From assembly GCA_963713435.1 (NCBI GenBank), contig CAVQLU010000007.1:601960-665959 (forward strand): a stretch of 64,000 bases of DNA. The letters run 5' to 3'. This DNA is from an uncultured Actinomycetes bacterium. GTDB lineage: Bacteria; Actinomycetota; Thermoleophilia; Gaiellales; JALYLC01. Both the position numbers and the translations under genes were made by a program. This document shows positions 49,959 through 60,142 of this stretch, piece by piece. How positions within the stretch are numbered: position 1 is the first letter of the stretch; every line of letters begins with the position of its first letter. A model generated the notes under the pieces. The model was not told the DNA's origin, did no database searches, and saw only the letters and a list, made by a program, of their open reading frames with translations.

Positions 49959-51876
49959 GCTTCGCAGCTCGCCATGCTCGGTTCACCGGGAAGCGGCGGC
50001 GCGTGCCCTGCTGCGGACCGTGCAGCGCACGCAGGGCATTGAGGATGGCTGCGACATCGATGACCTCCTGGGCGATCGCGCCCTGCAGCGGCGTGATTCC
50101 GCCGAACGCGGCGATGACCATCAGCACCGCGCTGAGACCCATGCCGATGACGATGCCGGTGCGGGCGATCGACAGGGTGTCCCGCCCGATCTCGAGCGCC
50201 TCGGCGACGCGCCCCAGATCGTCGACCAGCACGACCGCGTCCGCCGCATCGGACGAGATCGTGCTGCCCGTGGCACCGAGCGCGATTCCGACATCGGCTG
50301 CTGCGAGCGCAGGCGCGTCGTTCAGTCCGTCGCCCACCATCACGACCGTCTCGCCCGAGCGGCGCAGCGAGCCCACCACCTGGGCCTTCGACTCCGGCGT
50401 CGCCTCGGCGCGGACGTCGTCGATGCCGGCCGCCCGGCCGACCTCGTTCGCCACCGCCGTGGAGTCGCCCGTCAGCAGCACCGGGCGCGAGCCCGTGCGT
50501 CGAATGCGGTCGACGACGAGAGGCGCGTCTTCTCGCAGGCGATCGGAGCAACGGATGACGCCCGAACGCCCGCCGTCCACCGAGACCCACACCTCGGCCA
50601 TCCCGGGCGACGCCGGCCCATCAGGCTCGAGGCCCACGAACGACGCGCTCCCCACACGCGTCCGCCTGCCGCCGACGATTGCCTCCACGCCATCGCCGTA
50701 GCTCTCGTGGAACTCAGCGGCCGGTTCGAGGGCCAGCCCCCGCACGACCGCCTCGGCGCGAATCGCCGCAGCCAGCGGATGCGCCGATTGCTGCTCGGCC
50801 GCCGCGGCTGCAGCCAGCAGGTCGGCCGGCGCCTCGATGACGCGAGGATGGCCGGTGGTGAGCGTGCCGGTCTTGTCGAACACCACGACCGTCGCCGCGC
50901 CGAGCCGCTCGAGTGGAGTGCCGCCCTTGACGACGATGCCGCGCCGAGCCGCACGCGCCAGACCCGAGACGAACGCGATGGGCGTAGCCAGGATGAGTGG
51001 ACACGGCGTCGCGACGACGAGCACGGCAAGCGCGGCGACAGGCGAGCCGGAGATGATCCACCCGAGCGCCGCAACGGCCAGGGTGATGGGCAGGAAAACA
51101 ACTGCGGCCCGATCCGCCAGGCGCGCCGTGCGCGGCCTATCGGCCTCGGCGCTCTCGACAAGGCGCACGATGCGCGCGTACGTCGACGAGTCGGCGGCGC
51201 GCAGGGCGCGAACCTCGATCGCCTCGCCGACGACACTCGCGCCGCTGCGGATCTCATCGCCCCGCTCGCGACCCACAGGGAGCGGCTCGCCTGTCAGAGC
51301 GGCCTCGTCGAGCACCGCGCGCCGGCTCGCGAGCGTGCAGTCCACCGGCACGATCTCACCGGCGAAGACGAGCAGATCGTCACCCGCGACGACCTGACCG
51401 GCCGGCACGTCCACGGTGCCGGCGTCCCTGCGCATGTGGGCTACCGCAGGCGCACGCGCCGCGAGCGCGGCGAGCTCGCTGCGGGCACGACGGAAGGCGC
51501 GCTCGTCGAGCAGCTCGCCTCCCGACAGCATCAGCGCGACCACGAGGCCTGCAAGCAGTTCACCCAGGAGCAGGGCACCCACCATCGCCAGCAGCGCGAT
51601 GACGTCGGCTCCCAGCTGGCCGTGCAGCATGCGGCGCGCCACCGCGTAGGCAAGCGGCCCGACAACGGCAATCAGGGCGATTGTCCAGACGATCTCGGCG
51701 GCCTGCGTCTCACCGACGGCGGTCAGCACGAGACCGGTGACGAGCGCCAGCGCGACAGCAGCCGGGACGAGGAGGCTTCTCACCTCCCCATCCTCGGTCG
51801 GCGCGAAGCTGCACGCATCGGCGGCCGCCCGACAGCGACTAGGTAGGAATCCGCAGCGCGATCGCGAGGTTCTCAC
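49951..51876 (-). CDS. Heavy-metal (P1B-type) P-type ATPase without an N-terminal metal-binding domain, carrying a TM motif TPCP.
   Basis: TGEPLPV, VATPCPLILATP, DKTGTLT, SAHPLA and GDGLNDAPAL are present. The start is either the GTG at 51876 (GTGA overlap with an upstream open frame) or the GTG at 51783. Confidence 0.8.
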   Translation of the reverse strand: MRTSRSRCGFLPSRCRAAADACSFAPTEDGEVRSLLVPAAVALALVTGLVLTAVGETQAAEIVWTIALIAVVGPLAYAVARRMLHGQLGADVIALLAMVGALLLGELLAGLVVALMLSGGELLDERAFRRARSELAALAARAPAVAHMRRDAGTVDVPAGQVVAGDDLLVFAGEIVPVDCTLASRRAVLDEAALTGEPLPVGRERGDEIRSGASVVGEAIEVRALRAADSSTYARIVRLVESAEADRPRTARLADRAAVVFLPITLAVAALGWIISGSPVAALAVLVVATPCPLILATPIAFVSGLARAARRGIVVKGGTPLERLGAATVVVFDKTGTLTTGHPRVIEAPADLLAAAAAAEQQSAHPLAAAIRAEAVVRGLALEPAAEFHESYGDGVEAIVGGRRTRVGSASFVGLEPDGPASPGMAEVWVSVDGGRSGVIRCSDRLREDAPLVVDRIRRTGSRPVLLTGDSTAVANEVGRAAGIDDVRAEATPESKAQVVGSLRRSGETVVMVGDGLNDAPALAAADVGIALGATGSTISSDAADAVVLVDDLGRVAEALEIGRDTLSIARTGIVIGMGLSAVLMVIAAFGGITPLQGAIAQEVIDVAAILNALRALHGPQQGTRRRFPVNRAWRAAKLA

Positions 51877-52147
51877 CGATGGGTGGGAGCGCGCCGTCCT
51901 TCAAGCTGGGTGAACATGCAGACCGCCTCCCCCGACCACTGCGCGACCAATGCCGTCCTGCTGGGATCCGAGCAGTCCACCGGCAGCCGGGCGACGATCG
52001 AGGGCACGACCGGAACCTTGCTGTGCACCGAACACGGAGTCGCTGTCCACATCTGGAGCGAGATCGGCACTCCAGGTAGAAGCGAGTCGCGGCCGCACGC
52101 TGCGACAAGCCCGTTCTCGAGTGGCACGTGGCCGGAGGCGTTCGCGC

Positions 52148-52170
52148 GTAGGAATCCGCAATCGGATTGA
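52148..52170. promoter_or_regulatory. GTAGGAATCCGCAATCGGATTGA, containing the perfect 6-4-6 palindrome AATCCG-caat-CGGATT, about 78 bp upstream of the USP start.
   Basis: The 13-mer GTAGGAATCCGCA is repeated exactly at 51843-51855. The core is 13/16 identical to the core of the 38192-38217 site. Confidence 0.4.
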
Positions 52171-52237
52171 GCGTGCGCCCCGATGGTCGCCGACAGCGAC
52201 GTTTCTACGGTGCTGGAAACACGAGGAAGGTACGCTT

Positions 52238-52744
52238 GTGAACACGGTCGAGACCCACCCCATCCTGCTCTGCTACGACGGCTCGCCGGGCGCCAAGCAC
52301 GCGATCGAGACGGCGGGCGCGATGTTCCCTGGCCACGCGGCAGTCGTGTTGCACGTCTGGAGCCCCGTCGCACTCATCGTGAGCAGGTACGGCGGCCTGG
52401 CGACGATGTCGACGTACGACGACTCAGAGCTCCAGGAGGCGGCAATGGAGTTGGCCGCGCGAGGTGCTCGCGCCGCTTCGGATGCAGGCCTCTCCGCAAG
52501 TGCAGAAGCCTGCGAGACAACGTACGCCGGCACTGCACATGACATCCTCGCGGCGGCCGACCGGCATGACGCCGCGCTGATCGTGCTCGGTGCGCGCGGC
52601 CTCTCCACGTTCAGGGCGATGGTGCTCGGCTCGGTGTCCCACGGCGTCGCACAGCACGCTCACCGGCCCGTGCTGATCGTTCCGCCGGCCACCCGCGACG
52701 AACCGACTCCCGCGTCGGCCGAGCGCTCGCACGCGTCCGTCTAG
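52238..52744 (+). CDS. Universal stress protein (UspA family).
   Basis: A GTG follows GAGGAAGG. ILLCYDGSPGAKHA and VLGARGLSTFRAMVLGSVSHGVAQHAHRPV are present. The track ORF 51950..52744 is over-extended. Confidence 0.85.
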   Translation: MNTVETHPILLCYDGSPGAKHAIETAGAMFPGHAAVVLHVWSPVALIVSRYGGLATMSTYDDSELQEAAMELAARGARAASDAGLSASAEACETTYAGTAHDILAAADRHDAALIVLGARGLSTFRAMVLGSVSHGVAQHAHRPVLIVPPATRDEPTPASAERSHASV

Positions 52745-52747
52745 CCC

Positions 52748-53680
52748 ATGAGGGTCGTCGCAGCGCTGGGAGGGAACGCACTTGCGCGTCGCGGCGAGCC
52801 GATCTCGGCAGACGTGCAGCGGCGCAATCTGGCCGTCGCGGCAGCCGCGCTCGCGCCGATCGCGCGCGATCACGAGCTGGTGCTGACCTTCGGCGACGGA
52901 CCGCAGATCGGGCACCTCCTGCTCGAGAGCGAAGCCGACGCAAGCGCCCCGCCATCGCCGCTCGATGTGGTCGGCGCGGAGGCCGTCGGGATGATCGGCT
53001 ACCTGCTGGAGCAGGCACTGCTCCAGCAAGATCCGGCTCTCCGCGTCGTCATCCTCGTGACCCAAACGCTCGTGGCCGACGATGACCCGGCTTTCTCATC
53101 GCCCTCGAAGCCCATCGGTCCGACGTACGACCAGGCAACAGCTGAAGAGCTGAAGCGCACCCGCGGCTTCAGCGTCGCGCAAGACGGAAGCGCATGGCGG
53201 CGCGTGGTGCCCTCACCGGAACCGCGTGGCCTGCTCGAGGCCGATGCGGTGCGTACCCTCGTCGACCACGGGTTCCTGGTGGTCGCAAGTGGCGGCGGCG
53301 GCATGCCCGTGGTGCTCGACGCCGGCGGCCGGCCGCGCGGGATCGAGGCGGTCGTCGACAAGGATCTCGCAGCCGTCGTGCTCGCAGCGGCAGTGGGCGC
53401 CGAACGCTTGCTCCTCCTGACCGACGTCGATGGTGTCTACCGCGGGTTCGGGAGCGAGCATCCCGAGTTCCTGGGACACCTCTCTCCTGGCCAGGCGAGG
53501 GCCATGGCCGAGAGCGGAGAGCTCGGGCGCGGAAGCATGCTCCCGAAGGTCGAGGCTGCGGCGCGCTTCGCCGAAAACGGCGGCACCGCATGCATTGCCG
53601 CTCTGTCGGATGCGGGCGCTGCATTGGAGGGGCGCGCAGGCACGACGATCGCCCGCACTCACTTGCGCGCGGCAACGTAG
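52748..53680 (+). CDS. arcC: Carbamate kinase.
   Basis: This is an intact 310-aa ORF with MRVVAALGGNALARRGE, FGDGPQIG, VASGGGGMPV and GSMLPKVEAA. Confidence 0.9.
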   Translation: MRVVAALGGNALARRGEPISADVQRRNLAVAAAALAPIARDHELVLTFGDGPQIGHLLLESEADASAPPSPLDVVGAEAVGMIGYLLEQALLQQDPALRVVILVTQTLVADDDPAFSSPSKPIGPTYDQATAEELKRTRGFSVAQDGSAWRRVVPSPEPRGLLEADAVRTLVDHGFLVVASGGGGMPVVLDAGGRPRGIEAVVDKDLAAVVLAAAVGAERLLLLTDVDGVYRGFGSEHPEFLGHLSPGQARAMAESGELGRGSMLPKVEAAARFAENGGTACIAALSDAGAALEGRAGTTIARTHLRAAT

Positions 53681-53795
53681 GCCCCACTCCACCGCGGAAA
53701 AGCCGCACGACGCGCGCGGGGCACCGCCGATGCGGGGGGCGCGTCCACCGGCGAAGCTCGTTCCAGCAAGCCACGTCAACGAAGGAGGGGTCGTC

Positions 53796-54152
53796 ATGAA
53801 ACTCAGTCCGAAAGACAGCACCGTCGCCGCACTCGCCGTGCTCATCGTCGGCGTCTTCGTCGTCGCCTACGCCAGCTGGAACGTCCCGCTCATCGGCGAC
53901 AGCAACCGCTGGGCGGCGGTCGTCATCATCGCTCTAGGCCTGCTCGCCGGCTACCTCGCGTCCCCCGGTTCGGAGGCCCGTTCGTATCTCCTCGCGGGCC
54001 TCGTGATCGTGGCGTTCCTGTTCGCGGTGATCGCCCTTGCGTCCGCCTCGCTGACCGCTCTGGCGCTCCTCGTCGTCGCGCTCCTCGCTCTCATCGTCGC
54101 GTACACGACGCGGCACGCGGTGCACGACGGCGAACGGCATCTCGCGACATGA
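53796..54152 (+). CDS. Small integral membrane protein of unknown function (about 4 TM).
   Basis: GAAGGAGGGG lies upstream of the ATG. The 118-aa ORF is hydrophobic. Confidence 0.6.
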   Translation: MKLSPKDSTVAALAVLIVGVFVVAYASWNVPLIGDSNRWAAVVIIALGLLAGYLASPGSEARSYLLAGLVIVAFLFAVIALASASLTALALLVVALLALIVAYTTRHAVHDGERHLAT

Positions 54153-54155
54153 GCA

Positions 54156-55151
54156 TCAGGGCACGAGCACCGCAGCTCCGGCCACGCTGCCGTCTGCAAC
54201 TCTCTGCAACGCACGGTTCGCGTCGGCGAGGGGATGGATCTCCACGTCGGCGCGCACCGGAATCGACGCGGCCTGCTGCAGGAACTCGGCCGCATCCCGC
54301 CGCGTGACATTCGCGACACTGCGGATGCTGCGTTCCCACCAGAGCAGGTCGTAGGGGAACTCCGGGACGCGATCGAGGTGGATCGCGTTGACCGCCACAG
54401 TCCCGCCGCGCTCGAGTGCGCGCAACGCCGCGACCACGACGGCCCCGGACGGCGCGAAGGTGATCGCGGCGTCCAGCAATTCGGGCGGTGGATCGTCGTA
54501 GCCACCGGCCCAGCTGGCACCGAGCTCCAGCGCCCGCGCGCGTTCCGCGTCCGACCGGGTGCACACGAACACGGAGCAGCCCCAGTCGACGGCCACCTGG
54601 ATCGCGCAGCGCGCGGACGCACCGAACCCGAAGAGCCCCAGCCGGCCACCGGGCTCGATGCCGCAGACCCGGAGGGAGCGGTAGCCGATGACGCCACCGC
54701 AGAGCAGGGGCGCTGCGGCCACGTCGGCGATGGCATCCGGCAGCCGAGTCGCGAAGCGCGCACGCACCGTCACGTATTCGGCGAAGCCGCCATCTCGGTC
54801 CCAGCCCGTGAAGGTCGCCTGACTGCACAGGTTCTCGCGACCTTCGCGGCAGCGCGGGCAGATGCCGCAGGCGCCCGCGAGCCACGTGACGCCCGCCCGA
54901 TCGCCGGGGTTCCAGTCCTCGACTTCGACACCCATCGATTCGACACGGCCGACGATCTGGTGGCCGGGAATGAGCGGCAGCGTCCGGGCCGCGAGATCGC
55001 CTTCGGCGATCTGCAGGTCGGTCCGGCAGACGCCGCACGCCGAGACGCGCAGCAGGAGCTCGTCCGCGGCGGGCGATGGCAGAGGTACGTCACGGGCCGC
55101 GAGCGGGCCATCGGCTACCGGACACGGCCGATCGAGGACGAGTGCACGCAT
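54156..55151 (-). CDS. Zinc-dependent alcohol dehydrogenase family protein.
   Basis: CGVCRTDLQI, GHQIVGRV, the structural-Zn Cys cluster CGICPRCREGRENLC, and GFGASA are present. Confidence 0.85.
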   Translation of the reverse strand: MRALVLDRPCPVADGPLAARDVPLPSPAADELLLRVSACGVCRTDLQIAEGDLAARTLPLIPGHQIVGRVESMGVEVEDWNPGDRAGVTWLAGACGICPRCREGRENLCSQATFTGWDRDGGFAEYVTVRARFATRLPDAIADVAAAPLLCGGVIGYRSLRVCGIEPGGRLGLFGFGASARCAIQVAVDWGCSVFVCTRSDAERARALELGASWAGGYDDPPPELLDAAITFAPSGAVVVAALRALERGGTVAVNAIHLDRVPEFPYDLLWWERSIRSVANVTRRDAAEFLQQAASIPVRADVEIHPLADANRALQRVADGSVAGAAVLVP

Positions 55152-55165
55152 GCGAAGAGCCCACG

Positions 55166-55621
55166 CTACTCGGCCGACGCGCGCGGGCGTACAGACCGCG
55201 AGGCGAACCAGCCGAGCACAAGCGCCGGTGCAACAACGAACGTTGCGACGAGGATGAGTTGCGGCGTTCCGCGCCACCCCAACGTGACAGTCTCGATGAC
55301 ACCCCACGCGGCCAGGACGACGGCCATGGCGCCCGCCGCGAGCCCGGCATATCGCGGGGCAAAAAGCGTTACAGCGGCCGCCGCGAGCATGCCTCCCCCG
55401 ATCACGAACAGCAGAAAGAATCCGGGAACCGTGTAATCGGGAAAGACACTTCCCTCGAGCCATGCTTGCTTCGCTCCCAACCCCTCCGCGTCGTTGAGCA
55501 AGCCGTAGCCGCCGAAGATCGCGCCGAGGCCCACGACCAGCTCGATTGCAGCGATCGTGCAGCGAATTCTGCGGGGCGGCGGGGCGGCGTTTCGTGGGAT
55601 GGCGTGTGCGGCGGCGTTCAT
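55166..55621 (-). CDS. Membrane protein of unknown function (4 TM).
   Basis: AGGAGGG lies upstream of the ATG at 55621. The 151-aa ORF is hydrophobic and is probably co-transcribed with the ADH. Confidence 0.55.
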   Translation of the reverse strand: MNAAAHAIPRNAAPPPRRIRCTIAAIELVVGLGAIFGGYGLLNDAEGLGAKQAWLEGSVFPDYTVPGFFLLFVIGGGMLAAAAVTLFAPRYAGLAAGAMAVVLAAWGVIETVTLGWRGTPQLILVATFVVAPALVLGWFASRSVRPRASAE

Positions 55622-55812
55622 GGATTCCCTCCTGTCAATGCAGAGGAGAATCCCGCTCCGGGAACCCGGTCTCATCAGGGGAGCCGCGGAAGGCGACCGC
55701 GTAGTTTCCCGTCGCTCTCCGCGGGCCAACGCGGATGAGAGCGGCGCGCGCGCTGCTGATAGTTGTGCTGCGGCCGATGGCGGTCGCGACCCAGCGAAAG
55801 GAGACGCGCGCC

Positions 55813-57291
55813 ATGTCCATTTCCATGCCGGCCACGACTGCGCCGGCAGCCAGTGCGACCGAAACTCCGGCCCGGCCAAAGCTCAAGCGCTCGCTCGGCC
55901 TGTCGATGGCCACCGCGCTCGTGATCGGGAACATGGTCGGATCGGGAGTCTTCGGGCTGCCGTCGTCTCTTGCGGCCGTGGGACCGATCTCGCTGCTGGC
56001 CTGGGGCTTCACCGGCATCGGAGCGCTCCTGCTGGCGCTCGTCTTCGCCAATCTCGGTCGAGCCTATCCGCAGACCGGCGGACCCTACGCCTTCACGCGG
56101 CGCGCGTTCGGCGACTTCGCGGGCTTCTGGACGGCCTGGGGCTACTGGATCGCCGCCTGGGCGGGGAACGCCGCAATCGCAGTCATCTTCGTCAGCTACG
56201 GATCCGTCTTCTGGTCGAGTCTCGCAACCAACAACGTCCTCGCATTCGCAGTCGGGCTCTCCGTGATCTGGCTGCTCACACTCGTGAACGTCGCGGGCGT
56301 ACGCCAGTCGGGGCTGGTCCAGCTCGTGACGACGATCCTCAAGTTCGTGCCGCTGCTACTGATCGGCGTGATCGGGCTCTTCTACATGAACCGCGGCAAT
56401 TTCACGCCGTTCGACCCGAATCACGTCTCGCTCGTCGGTCACTGGCATGCGATCTCGTTCGCGGCGACGCTCACTCTGTGGGCGTTCCTCGGTCTCGAGT
56501 CGGCCACGGTGCCGGCTGAGGAAGTCAAGGACGCGGAGCGCACGATCCCGCGCGCCACCATGATCGGCACGCTCGCCACGACCGGCCTGTACGTGATTGC
56601 CACCGTCGCGATCATGGGCATCCTGCCCGCGGCCACGCTGGCGAAGTCGAACGCTCCGTTCGCCGACGCGGCCCAGTCGATCTTCGGCTCCTCCATCCTC
56701 GGCATGTCGCCTGCCAAGATCGTCGCGGCCATTGCGATGATCTCGACGTTCGGCGCGCTCAACGGCTGGATCCTGATTCAGGGCCGCGTGCCGCTGGCGG
56801 CCGCTCAGGACGGGCTCTTCCCGCGTCAGTTCGCGCAGGTCAGCGGCTCGCGCAAGACGCCCGTCGTCGGCCTCGTCGCATCGTCGGTCCTGCTGAGCAT
56901 CTTGCTCGGCATGAACTACCAGTCGTCGCTGACGGACACGTTCACGAAGATCATCATCCTCGCGACGCTCACGACGCTCGTGCCATACGCCTTCGCGGCG
57001 GCCGCTCAGCTGATGCTGATGTTCCGCGAGCCCGAGCGCTTCAGCGGCCGGCGCCTCGCGCTCGACGCGACGATCGCCGTGCTCGCCTTCGCCTACTCCT
57101 TCTGGATGATCTATGGCGCCGGACAGGAGTACATCGCGCAGGGCTTCCTCCTGCTGATGGCCGGCATCCCCGTGTACGTCTACATCAAGTGGCACCAGGC
57201 GAGGGCCGAGAAGGCCGGGATCGCCGTGGTCGCCAACCCCGAGCTCACGAGCAACGGCAGCGACCGGCCGCTCGTGAAGGCGGGGATCTAG
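55813..57291 (+). CDS. arcD: APC-family amino-acid permease, arginine/ornithine antiporter-like.
   Basis: AAAGGAG lies upstream of the ATG. The 492-aa ORF has about 12 TM segments and the motif [13 protein letters not shown]. It lies directly upstream of arcA. Confidence 0.8.
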   Translation: MSISMPATTAPAASATETPARPKLKRSLGLSMATALVIGNMVGSGVFGLPSSLAAVGPISLLAWGFTGIGALLLALVFANLGRAYPQTGGPYAFTRRAFGDFAGFWTAWGYWIAAWAGNAAIAVIFVSYGSVFWSSLATNNVLAFAVGLSVIWLLTLVNVAGVRQSGLVQLVTTILKFVPLLLIGVIGLFYMNRGNFTPFDPNHVSLVGHWHAISFAATLTLWAFLGLESATVPAEEVKDAERTIPRATMIGTLATTGLYVIATVAIMGILPAATLAKSNAPFADAAQSIFGSSILGMSPAKIVAAIAMISTFGALNGWILIQGRVPLAAAQDGLFPRQFAQVSGSRKTPVVGLVASSVLLSILLGMNYQSSLTDTFTKIIILATLTTLVPYAFAAAAQLMLMFREPERFSGRRLALDATIAVLAFAYSFWMIYGAGQEYIAQGFLLLMAGIPVYVYIKWHQARAEKAGIAVVANPELTSNGSDRPLVKAGI

Positions 57292-57293
57292 CC

Positions 57294-58547
57294 ATGTCCA
57301 CCCGTACTCGCCAATCGGTGGCCGCCCGCGAGGCGGCCACCGAGAGCGTCTTCGGCGTCCACTCGGAGGCAGGGGTCCTGCACACGGTGCTCGTGCACCG
57401 GCCCGGGCTCGAGCTCGAACGCCTCACGCCGCGCAACAAGGATGACCTGCTCTTCGACGACGTCATCTGGGTCAAGCGCGCCCGGCAGGAGCACGACGCG
57501 TTTGCCGATGCGCTCGCCGACCGCGGCGTTGAGGTTCTCGAGGTACGGCACCTTCTCAGCGAGACGCTCGACCAGGCCGTGGCGCGCACCGATGTGATCG
57601 GCCGCACCATCAGCGCGGCAGGGCTCGGCCCGCGCCTCGGCCCCGCACTCGCGGAGTGGTTCCATGATCTGCCCTCCAGCGAACTGGCCGACCGGCTCAT
57701 CGGCGGCGTCGCCTACGACGAGCTGCCGTTTCCCGACACATCTCTGAGCGCGCTCGCCAGGCGCGGAGACTTCGTCCTCACGCCGCTCCCGAACCAGCTC
57801 TTCACGCGTGACACATCGGCCTGGGTCTACGGGGGCGTCTGCGTCAACCACATGGCGAAGCGCGCCCGCGTGCGTGAGGCGGTGCACATGAGCGCCATCT
57901 ACCGCCATCACCCGCGCTTTGCCGGAGGCGAGTTCTCGTACTGGAGCGAAGGGCATGCCGACGACCCGTCGCTCGAGGGCGGCGACGTGCTCGTCATCGG
58001 CAACGGCTGCGTGCTCGTCGGCATGGGCGAACGCACGCGACCGGCCGGCGTCGAGATGCTGGCGGATCGCCTCTTCGCCGCCGGCGCCGCGCACCTCGTG
58101 ATCGCGCTCGACCTTCCAGAGCGCCGCTCCGCCATGCACCTCGACACGGTCATGACGATGGTCGACGAGGACGCCTTCACGATCTACCCGGATGTCCGCG
58201 CAGGCCTGACCGCTTACGAGCTGCGGCCAGGGACGCACGGAGCCGTGGCCGAACGCGCCAATGACGCTCTTGCGAGCATCGCCGCCGCGCTCGACGTGCC
58301 GAAGTTGCGGCTCTTCGAGACCGGCGGCGACCGCTTCGAGGCCGAGCGCGAGCAGTGGGACGACGGCAACAACGTGCTCGCACTGGCACCGGGCGTCGTC
58401 GTCGCCTACGAGCGCAACGTCGCCACCAACACCCTGCTCCGCCGCAATGGCATCGAGGTCATCACCATCGCCGGCTTCGAGCTCGGACGCGGGCGCGGCG
58501 GTCCGCGCTGCATGTCCTGCCCGATCCTTCGCGATCCCGTCCGATGA
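57294..58547 (+). CDS. arcA: Arginine deiminase.
   Basis: [36 protein letters not shown] and the catalytic-Cys context [10 protein letters not shown] are present. Confidence 0.92.
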   Translation: MSTRTRQSVAAREAATESVFGVHSEAGVLHTVLVHRPGLELERLTPRNKDDLLFDDVIWVKRARQEHDAFADALADRGVEVLEVRHLLSETLDQAVARTDVIGRTISAAGLGPRLGPALAEWFHDLPSSELADRLIGGVAYDELPFPDTSLSALARRGDFVLTPLPNQLFTRDTSAWVYGGVCVNHMAKRARVREAVHMSAIYRHHPRFAGGEFSYWSEGHADDPSLEGGDVLVIGNGCVLVGMGERTRPAGVEMLADRLFAAGAAHLVIALDLPERRSAMHLDTVMTMVDEDAFTIYPDVRAGLTAYELRPGTHGAVAERANDALASIAAALDVPKLRLFETGGDRFEAEREQWDDGNNVLALAPGVVVAYERNVATNTLLRRNGIEVITIAGFELGRGRGGPRCMSCPILRDPVR

Positions 58548-58570
58548 CCGTCGAGAGGAGGGACAGCACG

Positions 58571-59578
58571 ATGAGCACCGTGAGCAGCCTACGAGGACGA
58601 AACTTCCTGACACTCGCAGAGTTCTCCGGCGACGAGCTCACCTATCTACTCGATCTCGCCGCCGATCTGAAGAGCGCGAAGCGACAGCACTGCGAGGAGA
58701 AACAACTCGCCGGCAAACAGATCGCGCTGATTTTCGAGAAGGACTCCACGCGCACGCGCTGCGCCTTCGAGGTCGCCGCCCACGACCAGGGCGCGCACGT
58801 GACGTACATCGGCCCTGGCGGTTCGCACATGGGACACAAGGAGACCGTCAAGGACACTGCGCGCGTGCTCGGGCGCATGTACGACGCGATCGAGTATCGC
58901 GGCTTCGGAGAGGCCGTCGCCGACGAGCTCGCCGCATGGGCAGGTGTGCCCGTCTACAACGGCCTCACCGACGAGTGGCACCCAACGCAGATCCTCGCCG
59001 ACTTCCTGACGCTGCGCGAGCACATCGACAAGCCGCTCGCGGACATCTCGTTCTGTTACCTGGGCGACGCGCGCTTCAACATGGCCGACTCCTACCTGGT
59101 CGGCGGCGCCAAGCTCGGCATGGACATCCGCATCGCGAGCCCACGACAGCTCTGGCCGGATCAGTCGTACGTCGATCTCGCGCACTCGCTGGCGGAGGAG
59201 TCCGGCGCCACCATCACGATCACGGAGAGCATCGAGGACGCCGTTTGCGGCTGCGACGCGCTCGCCACGGACGTCTGGCTCTCGATGGGCGAGCCCGAGA
59301 ATGCGTGGGCCGAGCGAATCCGTCTCCTCCTGCCCTACCAGGTCAACGCGGGCGTGCTCGAGCTCACCGGCAACCCCGGCGTGAAGTTCCTCCACTGTCT
59401 TCCGGCCTTTCACAGCGCCGACACCGCAGTGGGCGCGACCATCCAGAAGCGCTTCGGCCTCGACGCACTCGAGGTCACCGACGACGTCTTCGAATCGCCT
59501 GCATCAGTCGTCTTCGACGAAGCCGAGAACCGGCTGCACACCGTCAAGGCCGTGCTCGTAGCAACGCTCGGCCGCTAG
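58571..59578 (+). CDS. arcB: Ornithine carbamoyltransferase (catabolic context).
   Basis: [24 protein letters not shown] and the FLHCLPAF (HCLP) motif are present. Confidence 0.92.
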   Translation: MSTVSSLRGRNFLTLAEFSGDELTYLLDLAADLKSAKRQHCEEKQLAGKQIALIFEKDSTRTRCAFEVAAHDQGAHVTYIGPGGSHMGHKETVKDTARVLGRMYDAIEYRGFGEAVADELAAWAGVPVYNGLTDEWHPTQILADFLTLREHIDKPLADISFCYLGDARFNMADSYLVGGAKLGMDIRIASPRQLWPDQSYVDLAHSLAEESGATITITESIEDAVCGCDALATDVWLSMGEPENAWAERIRLLLPYQVNAGVLELTGNPGVKFLHCLPAFHSADTAVGATIQKRFGLDALEVTDDVFESPASVVFDEAENRLHTVKAVLVATLGR

Positions 59579-59614
59579 TCCCGGCCTCCCACCCGACGAC
59601 GACAGGAGACACCC

Positions 59615-60010
59615 ATGAAAACCATCGTGGTTGCCACAGACGGCTCCGAGGGGGCAGGCGCCGCGCTCGAACTCGCAGCGCAATTCGCAGGCGAGACCGG
59701 CGCCCAACTCTGCTGCGTGAGCGTGGATGATTCACTCGACACCACCGGCATCGATCCCGCGCCCGAGCAGCGAGCGAGAGCCGGAGCGCAGCTGGCCCGC
59801 GAGTCCGGGCTCAAGGCAGAAGCCGTGGCAAAGGTCGGCCCGGCGGTCGAACGCATCATCGAGGTCGCGGACGAACGCGACGCCGACCTGATCGTCGTCG
59901 GGTCGCGCGGACATGGCGCGATCGTAGGCACGGTTCTCGGCAGCGTCTCCATGGGCCTCGTCCGGACGAGCCGGCGGCCCGTGTTGGTCGTGAAGAGCAG
60001 CGACGTCTGA
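59615..60010 (+). CDS. Universal stress protein (UspA family), short form.
   Basis: AGGAGA lies upstream of the ATG. MKTIVVATDGSEGA and VVGSRGHGAIVGTVLGSVSMGLVRTSRRPV are present. Confidence 0.88.
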   Translation: MKTIVVATDGSEGAGAALELAAQFAGETGAQLCCVSVDDSLDTTGIDPAPEQRARAGAQLARESGLKAEAVAKVGPAVERIIEVADERDADLIVVGSRGHGAIVGTVLGSVSMGLVRTSRRPVLVVKSSDV

Positions 60011-60142
60011 GCTGAGCTGCGTCGCAGCACCCGGCCCTTCGGAAAATCCGCAGACACGGGTGGGCGGCCGCACCGATGAGGTCGGAGCCGGAGCACGCGA
60101 TGCTGGGGGAATGGGCGCAGACACCATCCAGCAGGTCGTTGC

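Noticed and set aside
55622-55653. The palindrome GGATTCCCTCCTG-N6-CAGAGGAGAATCC as a shared operator of the arcD / ADH divergent region.
   Set aside because: The left arm is largely the SD sequence (AGGAGGG) and the start context of the 55621 gene, so the symmetry may be incidental. It is noted here only.
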